From IMG/VR virus record IMGVR_UViG_3300010340_001122: 64,000 nucleotides of DNA, one strand, 5' to 3'. The notes under the pieces are model-generated. The model was not told the DNA's origin and ran no database searches. It worked only from the letters and a program-made list of their open reading frames with translations. Shown in pieces: positions 40,688-49,704 of this stretch. The stretch is from a virus (lineage: Duplodnaviria > Caudoviricetes). The position numbers and the translations under genes are program-made. The first letter of the stretch is position 1. Each line of letters begins with the position of its first letter.

Positions 40688-41299
40688 ATGAAAAGGTTTA
40701 TACTAATTTTACTAACATTAATACCTTCTATTTTATTTTCACAGAAAATAAGTTTTCATCTTGCTCCAACTTATTTTTATGGAAATTCCGTTATAGTTGA
40801 TAAAAATACATCTTTTACAAATTTTAGAAATGAATCTAAATTATTTAATAGTTCATCCAGTTATGGTATAAGTGGAACTTTTTTTAAAAGAGATAGATTC
40901 TCATATTATCAATCTAGACAATATGGTGTAAAAGTTTCTATTTTAAAATCAACATCTTCTCAAAAAATAGTTTATGATCCCAGTCCTAGTAGTAACTTAA
41001 ATGACATTTATATGGTTAAAAATACATATTCTTTTATTGAGATTCCTGTTTTATTCACTCAAGCTGCTACAAATCATCAAACATTTGTTGTTGAAGTTGG
41101 TCCAGTTTATTCTTATTATTTAAATGAAAAATCATCTAAAATTGGATTAATGTTAAAAGCAGGTATACACAATCATATATCGAAGAAACTTACATATTCT
41201 TTTTTATTTAGCTCAACTGGTACTAGACTAGGAGATAATTACTATCGATTATCTAATGGGTTTGAACTTAATCTAATATATAGATTAAGTAGGAAATAA
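40688..41299 (+). CDS. secreted outer-membrane beta-barrel-like protein (PorT-like)
   Basis: Signal peptide MKRFILILLTLIPSILFSQ; YSFIEIPV, EVGPVYSY, terminal ELNLIYRL strand. Confidence 0.55.
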   Translation: MKRFILILLTLIPSILFSQKISFHLAPTYFYGNSVIVDKNTSFTNFRNESKLFNSSSSYGISGTFFKRDRFSYYQSRQYGVKVSILKSTSSQKIVYDPSPSSNLNDIYMVKNTYSFIEIPVLFTQAATNHQTFVVEVGPVYSYYLNEKSSKIGLMLKAGIHNHISKKLTYSFLFSSTGTRLGDNYYRLSNGFELNLIYRLSRK

Positions 41300-41353
41300 A
41301 TTGATAAAAATTCATTTCCAATAAATAATATATAAAAAAAAATAGAAAATAAT

Positions 41354-41668
41354 ATGAAAACTACAATAGAAATAAACGGGTTTGAAATCGTTATTGAAGA
41401 AACTGATGGTCTTATTACTGTTAGTGCTATAAAAGACGAAGAAACTATCGAAGAATTTGAAGTACAATCTGGTGAGCAATCAGATGATGATGAGGTTCAG
41501 GGGTTTGATGATTTTGACGGAGAGGAATCTGATGATGGTAGCGAGTCTTTTGATGGAGAAGAGGAAGAAGATTTTGATGATGAAAGTGATGCGGATGATG
41601 ATATGGAAGAAGAGGAAGAAGAAGGTAAACTAGAATCTTTTCAATCTTTTCTTAAAAAAAGAAAATAA
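41354..41668 (+). CDS. highly acidic protein
   Basis: Long D/E tract; C-terminus KLESFQSFLKKRK. Confidence 0.6.
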   Translation: MKTTIEINGFEIVIEETDGLITVSAIKDEETIEEFEVQSGEQSDDDEVQGFDDFDGEESDDGSESFDGEEEEDFDDESDADDDMEEEEEEGKLESFQSFLKKRK

Positions 41669-41671
41669 TAA

Positions 41672-42802
41672 ATGATTTTAAAATTTAACATTTTCAAAGA
41701 ATCTGTTAATGGGCTGGAATTACATTATTTCGCATTTGATTGGGATGATAATATTCTTCACATGTCAACAACTATATTAATGGATAAAAAAGAAGGAGAT
41801 AAATGGATACCTGTTGAGGTATCAACCTCTGAATTTGCAACACTTAGAAATGATATAGATAATTATAGATTGAGAAATAATGATCCAATCATAGGATTTT
41901 CCGGATTTAGAGATACCGGACCTAGAGGATCAAATGCCTTTATCGATGATGTTAAAGTTGCGGTATCTAAAAAAGATTTTGGACCATCTTGGGATAAATT
42001 CATAAACTGCTTAAAAGAAGGAGCTATATTTTCAATAATAACAGCTCGCGGACATGAGCCAGAAACTATAAAAAAAGCTATTGAATATATTATAGATGAT
42101 ATTTTGTCTGAGGATGAACAATATTTACTCTATAATAATTGTCTAAAACACGTCTATTTATTTGGAAAAGATTCTGATTTTGATAGAATTCCAAAAGGAC
42201 CTGTTTCAAAGACAAAATTAATTCAAGCTTACTTGGATCATTGTGATTTTTATGGTGTTAGTTCTCAAACATTCGCCAGTAAATTTGGTGAGGCATCAGC
42301 ATCTAATCCAGAAAAAGCCAAAGAAATGGCACTTGATAAATTTATAGAAAAATGTAATAATTTTGGTAAAAATATTGGAGCAAAGTCAGTATCTATTGGA
42401 TTTTCCGATGATGATCCAAAAAATGTTGATCATGTTAGAAAATATTTTAAAGAAAAATCAGCATTATCTAACGATCTTAGTCACGAATTAAAACTATCAT
42501 TACATAAAACAACTGATAGAAGAATAAAAGGTGGAGAAATAACTAAATTCAGACAAGGAGAAGAAAAATATGAAGCAACCGATTCTATTCAGGCTCCAGG
42601 AATGGCAAGCTCAGTAATGTCTTTTAGCTCTTTTAATAATCAAGGATCTAGATTGTTTCCAAGTAATGTATCCGATAATGATCCAGTTGCTCATACTCAT
42701 AGAATGGCAACAGATTATATTTCAAAGAAATCTAAAGAATGGACAGAAGATTTCAAAAAAAGCTTAAAAAGTAGGAAGAAAAAAACTAAAACAAAAAAAT
42801 GA
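41672..42802 (+). CDS. HAD-superfamily phosphatase-like protein with CTS-like N-terminus
   Basis: FDWDDNI, ITARG, K, SDDD; MILKFNIFKES. Confidence 0.65.
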   Translation: MILKFNIFKESVNGLELHYFAFDWDDNILHMSTTILMDKKEGDKWIPVEVSTSEFATLRNDIDNYRLRNNDPIIGFSGFRDTGPRGSNAFIDDVKVAVSKKDFGPSWDKFINCLKEGAIFSIITARGHEPETIKKAIEYIIDDILSEDEQYLLYNNCLKHVYLFGKDSDFDRIPKGPVSKTKLIQAYLDHCDFYGVSSQTFASKFGEASASNPEKAKEMALDKFIEKCNNFGKNIGAKSVSIGFSDDDPKNVDHVRKYFKEKSALSNDLSHELKLSLHKTTDRRIKGGEITKFRQGEEKYEATDSIQAPGMASSVMSFSSFNNQGSRLFPSNVSDNDPVAHTHRMATDYISKKSKEWTEDFKKSLKSRKKKTKTKK

Positions 42803-43257
42803 AATATTTGAAAAGGTTTGAATCACACGAAGAATCTATGTCTAGAGAACAAATGTGTGATATTCTTTGTAATTGTGGTTATACAATTGAAGAACTTGAG
42901 AGCTGTTCTGATTATGAATTATCTGATATGTGTAAAACTTGCAATATGGATAGTGCTTTAGAAAATTTAAAAGAACAAAATAACTATATGTTCTTTGGTA
43001 ATTTGGAAACAATGAAAGATATGATTGATAAATTACTTCAAATGGATAAGTCTAAAATTGATTCAGTATTAAATGATCACGATTGGGCATCTGATCATAT
43101 ATCGGTTGCTAACGAGAATTTAGAACAAGTTTATAACTTTTTAAAAAATAATATCAATAATGAATTAATTGGAGGTCCAAAAGCCTCATATCCAAAAATA
43201 CAGGGACCGGAAGTTAAGAAAGTAAAACCTTATCAGATTAAAATAAAATCTGATTGA
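42799..43257 (+). CDS. hypothetical protein with CTS-like N-terminus
   Basis: MKYLKRFESHEES. Confidence 0.6.
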   Translation: MKYLKRFESHEESMSREQMCDILCNCGYTIEELESCSDYELSDMCKTCNMDSALENLKEQNNYMFFGNLETMKDMIDKLLQMDKSKIDSVLNDHDWASDHISVANENLEQVYNFLKNNINNELIGGPKASYPKIQGPEVKKVKPYQIKIKSD

Positions 43258-43261
43258 AAAT

Positions 43262-43291
43262 AAAAAAACCCACTCAAATGAGTGGGTTTTT
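43262..43291. terminator. bidirectional intrinsic terminator
   Basis: A-tract CCCACTCA-aa-TGAGTGGG T-tract between convergent genes. Confidence 0.85.
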
Positions 43292-43293
43292 AG

Positions 43294-44040
43294 TTACACA
43301 TTTCTGAATGTATTAACATCTAAACAAATGAATTCACAATCATTATGATAGAATTTATAATTTCTATGAAAATGTCCGTAATAGAAACCTTTTAATTTGT
43401 TATTATTCATAACTTCGGTTACCAATTTTGTCATATTTTCTCTTTCAGTTGTTAAATCACCTAGAAGTAAATCATCATTCTTAGCATAGTTATAAACAAG
43501 ATTATTAAATGTTAGGGGTTCAACAAAATCTGGACTTGTGTGACAAATCATTCTATCGATATCTCTCAATTCTTTAACAATTTCAAAGTCAAATTTAACA
43601 ATTTCATCTTCCCAGTATTTACCACCATACATTTTATTGTAATTTCGATCAATACTCACAGCACCACCAACAAAAAGTATATTCTCCCAGTCAATATTAA
43701 GAACAGTATAATCTGGAACAAAGAAAATATTAGTTAATTGTTCTTTATAAGTGTCATATTTATCACTTTGAAACCATTCTGGATCATCGTGATTACCGCG
43801 TATAATAAACAAATCACTTTCTCTTGTTGCTAACTCTTCATTAAGAACTAGAAGTTTTCTAATCTCTATCTCTACTTTATTATAGCCAATTCCAAAGTCA
43901 CCAACTTGAATATAACAGATGTTTCTTTTTTCTTCTAAATCGAAGTCACTAACTTTACGCAAGTGGTTTAGAATGACACTCCACTCTCCGTGGATATCAC
44001 CTAAAAAATACTTCTCTTTATATACAATATAATTTTTCAC
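43294..44040 (-). CDS. calcineurin-like metallophosphoesterase
   Basis: GDIHG, GDFG, RGNHD, GHFH. Confidence 0.85.
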   Translation of the reverse strand: MKNYIVYKEKYFLGDIHGEWSVILNHLRKVSDFDLEEKRNICYIQVGDFGIGYNKVEIEIRKLLVLNEELATRESDLFIIRGNHDDPEWFQSDKYDTYKEQLTNIFFVPDYTVLNIDWENILFVGGAVSIDRNYNKMYGGKYWEDEIVKFDFEIVKELRDIDRMICHTSPDFVEPLTFNNLVYNYAKNDDLLLGDLTTERENMTKLVTEVMNNNKLKGFYYGHFHRNYKFYHNDCEFICLDVNTFRNV

Positions 44041-44077
44041 GACACAAATATAAGGTTATTTTTTTATATATACTATT

Positions 44078-45937
44078 ATGTTAAAAAGTTTCCTTGAATA
44101 TATCTTTGAATCTGAATCAAAGTTAAGTCTACCAATATTTTATTCTAAAAGACTTAGAGATTTTTTCTATAAAATAGAAACATCTAGTAAAGATCCAGAT
44201 GTTGCTAGACTAGCAAGTGCTATTCGATTCTCCGAAAATTCAAATCAAATGTCATCTGATGTAACACTTATTGATATGACTGAAAAAAATGACATGTTAT
44301 CATTTATTCAAGTTAATAGAGTTAAAAGAAAATATGATGATCCTGGTAGTCATCCAAATCCTGAAAACTTTGACGATTTAAAATCTTGGGTTGAATATAT
44401 TTGGCAATATGATAATAAAAATTCACTATGGAATGATCGAAGAGGTGAAGTAAAGGTTGGTAAATTTTCTAAAAAGATTTTCAAGGATAATAATATATCA
44501 ACATCTGATGCAACAATCGAGAAATTCTCAAATGCTTATAAAGCCACTTTTGATTTTGATTTTAATCTTGACCAAAAGATGGATTTAGTATCGGGCGAAG
44601 ACATCAGAAAATGGTATTTAGTGACAAATTATTCAGAAGTAAAAGGACAATTGGGAAATTCTTGTATGAGACATGGTACAAGTCAGGACTTTTTGGATAT
44701 TTATGTTAAAAATCCAGAGGTTTGTAACCTATTAATAATGTATTCTGACCAATCTAAAACTAAAGTTTCAGGAAGAGCTCTTATTTGGAAAGATATCAAA
44801 GGTGAATTTATAATGGATAGAGTATATACAATAAATGACTATGATGTTGAAGTTTTTAGAAAATATGCATCATCAAAAGGATGGTCTGATATATCTAAAA
44901 ATTGGAAGAGAACTACGATTCAGTTAATAAGTGAAGTATATGATAAGTATCCATATATGGATAATTTTTATATTTTTGATCATGTCAATTTTAAACTAAC
45001 AAACGACGATATTTGGCCAAAAGAAGGACTTTATAAATTACAAAATACTGATGGAACATATACCGGTGATGATGATACTGTTTGGTCTGAGTATCATGGA
45101 GAACACATTAACAGAGAAGACGCCGTTTATTGTGAAAATGCTGACGATTATGTACATGTAGACTCCGCAATATATTTAGAATATTTAAGCATTTACGCTA
45201 GTCCAAATGAGGAAACTGCTTATTCTGAATGGTTTGATCAAACATATTATTTAGATGATGTCATACACTCGGAAATTATGGGTGATTATATTCCAACCAA
45301 TGATTCTATTTCAATTTTTATTAATTCTGTTGGAGATGAAGATTATATTGTAGCAGATTTTGCAAAAAAATCTTTAGTTACTCTTAATTTTGATGGTGAC
45401 GAAATAAAAACATTAAATAAATTTGTTATACTCGATCCAATAACTAGAGAATATCACTTCAGGGATGAAAAAGTAGATGGTATTAAAATACAAGATATTA
45501 TTCTTGATAAATTGAAAGATGTAGAAGTAGATACTGATAAGATAAAGAATTATTTAATAGAGAAAGAATTTACTATAGATAGAAGTAAATTAAATGATGC
45601 TATGTCAATTTATAAAGTTTGGCAGACACCAACAAACTTAGAAGGAGTTATTAAATATTTACTTTATGCTTATCCAAGTAGACCAAATCAAAGAGATGGT
45701 ATGCCTATTTTACCCCAAGAAAGAGGTCTTAAAAATTATGAAAAATATTCTATGTTTAAGTCCTCTATGTTAAAATTTGATCCTGAATTACTAGATATTT
45801 TTATTGATAAAAATAGTTTAGATAAATTAGGTAATGATATTATTTTTAATTTAACATGTCTTTCTCAATCTTTTGTAGAGGATGTATTTAAAGATACAGA
45901 GATATACAAGATGTGGTATAAGTGGAAGAATACTTAA
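44078..45937 (+). CDS. hypothetical protein with CTS-like N-terminus
   Basis: MLKSFLEYIFESE; NSCMR, GRALIW, MDRVY, YPYMD motifs; paralog fragment at 57895. Confidence 0.6.
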   Translation: MLKSFLEYIFESESKLSLPIFYSKRLRDFFYKIETSSKDPDVARLASAIRFSENSNQMSSDVTLIDMTEKNDMLSFIQVNRVKRKYDDPGSHPNPENFDDLKSWVEYIWQYDNKNSLWNDRRGEVKVGKFSKKIFKDNNISTSDATIEKFSNAYKATFDFDFNLDQKMDLVSGEDIRKWYLVTNYSEVKGQLGNSCMRHGTSQDFLDIYVKNPEVCNLLIMYSDQSKTKVSGRALIWKDIKGEFIMDRVYTINDYDVEVFRKYASSKGWSDISKNWKRTTIQLISEVYDKYPYMDNFYIFDHVNFKLTNDDIWPKEGLYKLQNTDGTYTGDDDTVWSEYHGEHINREDAVYCENADDYVHVDSAIYLEYLSIYASPNEETAYSEWFDQTYYLDDVIHSEIMGDYIPTNDSISIFINSVGDEDYIVADFAKKSLVTLNFDGDEIKTLNKFVILDPITREYHFRDEKVDGIKIQDIILDKLKDVEVDTDKIKNYLIEKEFTIDRSKLNDAMSIYKVWQTPTNLEGVIKYLLYAYPSRPNQRDGMPILPQERGLKNYEKYSMFKSSMLKFDPELLDIFIDKNSLDKLGNDIIFNLTCLSQSFVEDVFKDTEIYKMWYKWKNT

Positions 45938-46318
45938 TTACTTATCAAGTATCTCATTTAGCTTTTCCTCCCTTTTATGTTGTAAGGTATCATTAGATCC
46001 ACTTACCCATTTATCCTTATATTCATCACACATTCTTCTACCATCCTCAACGGATTGAACTTCTTTAGCGTGTTTTTGTATCGTATCATATGTTGCTTCC
46101 ATCGGAAATGAATGCCATTCATGTGTAAGTCGAAGATCACCATTTGGTGATGTTTTATATGATATCAAATAATATTTCCACCTACCAGTTCCACTATTTG
46201 ACGTGAATATACCATAGACACCTACATTCACATCATCACTCGATGATTTCATACCATCAACTTTGATACTGTATATCATTTTACCATGAATATTCATACT
46301 GTATAATTTAATTTTCAA
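45938..46318 (-). CDS. hypothetical protein
   Basis: C-terminal KREEKLNEILD motif; start may be the downstream ATG (MNIHG). Confidence 0.55.
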   Translation of the reverse strand: MKIKLYSMNIHGKMIYSIKVDGMKSSSDDVNVGVYGIFTSNSGTGRWKYYLISYKTSPNGDLRLTHEWHSFPMEATYDTIQKHAKEVQSVEDGRRMCDEYKDKWVSGSNDTLQHKREEKLNEILDK

Positions 46319-46372
46319 ATATACAAATTTTCTAAACTAAAAACAATTCGTTTAAATATAATATCATGACAT

Positions 46373-47557
46373 ATGGATAAAGTTTATATACAAAGTATTA
46401 TTCAAAATATATTAGATAAAGAGTTCTCATCACCGATATTTAGAAAAGTAAATACATATGAGGATCGTATAAATATGCGATGCCCATATTGTAAAGAAGG
46501 TCGATCTCAACATAAAAAGAGAGGTAATCTATATTTTAATAAATTATTATTCATCTGTTTTAGATGTGATAAGAAAACTTCTTTTGATAAAATGTCTCGT
46601 GATTTTAATGAGGCTATTGATCCTCAGAAAAAGCTTGAACTAATTGAATATCTAGACTCGGTTGTTGATTATTCAGATTATGATACAGACTTTAATGATT
46701 TTAAAGTCGATGACTTAATCGATATGAAAGACTTAGAAGAATTATTCAATGTTAAAAAGACTACACCTATATTTGATTTTGCACCAGTGAGTGAAAAGAG
46801 TGGAGTTTTTAAATATTTAATAGGAAGGGGAATTCCCAAAGAATTACATAAGAATATTTATCAAGCTAAATTTGCAAAAGGCGATGAGGGATTTGAACAT
46901 GTTATTATATTCTTAAATAGAAGAGGTGATAAAGTGCTAGGTCTTCAAGTTCGTAATCTAAAAGAAGGTCGTAGAAGATTTTTTGTTATTTATAATTGGG
47001 AATCTATCTATAAGTGGATTCATGGTGATGATGTTGAATTAGATATTCAAAAATCGGTTATCTATAACAAACTATCATATTTCTTTAATATATTGAATAT
47101 TGATTTTGAAAATACGATAACTGTTTTTGAGGGGTATTTAGACTCAATATTTTATCCAAACTCTATTGGAATAGTTGGAGTAAATACTGATTTAAGATTC
47201 CTTGAAAATAATAATTTAGAGTTACAATATTTTTTTGATAATGATGATGCTGGTTTTAATAAGTCTGAGGAAAAAATAAAAGAAGGTGGTAAAGTCTTTT
47301 TATGGAAAAAGTTATTTGAAGATATTGTTTCTAAAAAGAAAAGTGGGGATCCACATGAGTTACTTTATCGAATTTCAAAAGTTAAAGATTTAAATAAATT
47401 AAATGAATTGGTTCCAGGTGCTTTTAAAAAATTAAATATTTATAATTTTTTTTCAGAGGATTTATATGATTTGAAATATTTACCTAAAAAATTAAACAAA
47501 AGAAAAACTAAACCTGAAAAAGATTATTTAAAAGAATTTAAAAATCACGACTTTTAA
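46373..47557 (+). CDS. DNA primase (T4 gp61-like)
   Basis: CPYC/CFRC zinc ribbon; TOPRIM VFEGYLDS and FDNDDAG. Confidence 0.85.
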   Translation: MDKVYIQSIIQNILDKEFSSPIFRKVNTYEDRINMRCPYCKEGRSQHKKRGNLYFNKLLFICFRCDKKTSFDKMSRDFNEAIDPQKKLELIEYLDSVVDYSDYDTDFNDFKVDDLIDMKDLEELFNVKKTTPIFDFAPVSEKSGVFKYLIGRGIPKELHKNIYQAKFAKGDEGFEHVIIFLNRRGDKVLGLQVRNLKEGRRRFFVIYNWESIYKWIHGDDVELDIQKSVIYNKLSYFFNILNIDFENTITVFEGYLDSIFYPNSIGIVGVNTDLRFLENNNLELQYFFDNDDAGFNKSEEKIKEGGKVFLWKKLFEDIVSKKKSGDPHELLYRISKVKDLNKLNELVPGAFKKLNIYNFFSEDLYDLKYLPKKLNKRKTKPEKDYLKEFKNHDF

Positions 47558-48027
47558 ATATACGGTACTCTAGTATTTTTATATTTTATATTTTTGATTC
47601 TTAAATAATCTTTAAACTTTAAATCTCCTCTTTCGTTATTACAATCAAAACACACAACAACTAAATTAATTTGACAATTATTACCACCCTTTGATATTGG
47701 TATAATATGATCAGTTGTTGCATTAGATTCTGTTAGATATTTTTCACAATAGATACATTTGGCTTTATCATTATCCTTTAAATATTCTTTAGCAAAACCA
47801 CTTGTTCTCCTTTTAACATTTTTACCATTCCATTTAAGACCAACGACAACAATATTTTCAAGAAATTTATACTTTTTTCTATAAATTACACAAGGAACAT
47901 AATTCTTATTTAATCTAACAAATAATCTTATTACTATTGACCATTTTTCCCAAATTTCTTTATCTACCGATATAAAATGGTGGTCTTTTGACTTTCTAAT
48001 AAACTTGACAACTTCTATAATATTCAT
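47554..48027 (-). CDS. HNH endonuclease
   Basis: CIYC, TDHIIPISKGG, NL...CFDCN. Confidence 0.85.
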   Translation of the reverse strand: MNIIEVVKFIRKSKDHHFISVDKEIWEKWSIVIRLFVRLNKNYVPCVIYRKKYKFLENIVVVGLKWNGKNVKRRTSGFAKEYLKDNDKAKCIYCEKYLTESNATTDHIIPISKGGNNCQINLVVVCFDCNNERGDLKFKDYLRIKNIKYKNTRVPYI

Positions 48028-48095
48028 AATGTTAAAAAGTTATCTTCTTCTCTTAATTATATATTATAATATGATTTCTCCATTTTATGACTAAA

Positions 48096-48140
48096 ACAAA
48101 AAAGACTCAAAATTATTTGATAATTTTGAGTCTTTTTGTT
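48096..48140. terminator. intrinsic terminator
   Basis: AAAAAGACTCAAAATTAT/ATAATTTTGAGTCTTTTT inverted repeat. Confidence 0.75.
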
Positions 48141-48544
48141 TAGTTTTTACCTAGATATTCCAAAACTTCATCTATTGTTTTAAATTTCTTTTTATCAATA
48201 TGAAATGAATCTGTTTCTGAAAAGAAATTTATCTTCTTACCATTATATTCGATAGAATTATTAACGACTTCTGTTCCTAGTTTTTGAGATAATTCTTTCA
48301 TTAATTTAGTTCCTTCATATTCATGTCCTTCTTCCTCCTCAAATTCATCCTGACCAACTTTTCTTTCACCATCTAGTTCTCCAGTGATTTCATTTTCATC
48401 ATCAGCAAAAATACCTTTAGGTTTAGAAAAGTCCGGAGATGGAGATCCTGATCTTCTACCTACTGGTCTATTTGAGTTATTTTCAATATCATCAACTGAT
48501 TGAATATCTTCTTTGATATATTGATTATATTTTTTTAATTTCAT
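48140..48544 (-). CDS. hypothetical protein with CTS-like N-terminus
   Basis: MKLKKYNQYIKED; promoter 48564-48572. Confidence 0.6.
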   Translation of the reverse strand: MKLKKYNQYIKEDIQSVDDIENNSNRPVGRRSGSPSPDFSKPKGIFADDENEITGELDGERKVGQDEFEEEEGHEYEGTKLMKELSQKLGTEVVNNSIEYNGKKINFFSETDSFHIDKKKFKTIDEVLEYLGKN

Positions 48545-48569
48545 ATTTTACGATATTTTTTATTATATA

Positions 48570-49046
48570 TTAATCTTCATATTTATATTTTTCCTCTATT
48601 TGAGCAATTACATAATCTATAAAAGAATCTAATTCATATTCTAAACCACCACAAAATTCAAATATATCATATCCCTCTTTACTATAAAAATCGGGAGATA
48701 TGCTTCCATTTTCGAATTTTATAATTCTTCCTTCTAAACATCCTTCAATTATTTTACCACCAGATTCTAAATCCGGAACATATAAAGTTCCAATATAGTG
48801 TTGTTCATTGTCATAATCCTCCCAAGTTTCAAATTCAAATTTGAAATAATCATCTTCAAAAATTGTTTCAGATTCTTCGTTTGACATCTTATCATGTGTT
48901 TCTTTTTCAACTCCAGCTTTATGAGAATCTAAAAACTCTTTTTCTAAAGGTGTTAATGATATAATACCATATTTTGATATTTTGTCTAAAATATCATCCA
49001 TTCTTTCATTAGAAGTATATCCCTCATATCTCATTAGATGTTTCAT
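48570..49046 (-). CDS. hypothetical protein
   Basis: MKHLMRYEGY; MDDILDKISKYGI.SL...EK.FL. Confidence 0.6.
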   Translation of the reverse strand: MKHLMRYEGYTSNERMDDILDKISKYGIISLTPLEKEFLDSHKAGVEKETHDKMSNEESETIFEDDYFKFEFETWEDYDNEQHYIGTLYVPDLESGGKIIEGCLEGRIIKFENGSISPDFYSKEGYDIFEFCGGLEYELDSFIDYVIAQIEEKYKYED

Positions 49047-49065
49047 ATAGTATATATTTTATAGA

Positions 49066-49416
49066 TTATATGTGTTTTCTATCTATACCAGCAATTGGTT
49101 GCCATACTTGATAAGATTTGGTAAATTTATCTTTTAATATTTTAATAATTAAATCATCTTCTCCCTTAGATTGATATAACATCAGGTAGTTGTTATCTAA
49201 ATTTTCTAAAATATTATCAAAATCTTCAAATTTAGTATCTCCAAATATTGAATTTATCTTCATATCTCTTTTTATCGCATCTATCGAATCTATTAAAACT
49301 ATCATAATCCCGTTTTTACCGTCTTTTGGGTGATCTAAAACACGTTCTATGTCAAATCCTTTCCAAAATTTTACAACTTCACCAGAAGCATTTATTTCAT
49401 CTAAAAAAATCATCAT
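49066..49416 (-). CDS. hypothetical protein
   Basis: 116-aa ORF containing KRDMKINSI. Confidence 0.5.
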   Translation of the reverse strand: MMIFLDEINASGEVVKFWKGFDIERVLDHPKDGKNGIMIVLIDSIDAIKRDMKINSIFGDTKFEDFDNILENLDNNYLMLYQSKGEDDLIIKILKDKFTKSYQVWQPIAGIDRKHI

Positions 49417-49624
49417 CTAAAATATCATCTATTTTATTATCTCTAATTTCACTTTTAACCATCTCATCAATTCTAATTTTAAAATCTAATCCATATTTAT
49501 ATTGGAATTTGAAATCTTCAAATGAGGATTCAGACATTTTCATTAGTTTTTTAGCACCATTTGATATTCTTTTATTATCAATATAGATTTCATAAAATTT
49601 ATATAATTCATGATTTTTGAACAT
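49397..49624 (-). CDS. hypothetical protein
   Basis: C-terminal IRDNKIDDIL. Confidence 0.5.
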   Translation of the reverse strand: MFKNHELYKFYEIYIDNKRISNGAKKLMKMSESSFEDFKFQYKYGLDFKIRIDEMVKSEIRDNKIDDILDDDFFR

Positions 49625-49704
49625 GAATTATATATTGTTTATTTCATTATCACCTCTTTGGAAAAAGGATAATCTATCAAAAAAGGTAATAGATGGGAAA
49701 GTGT

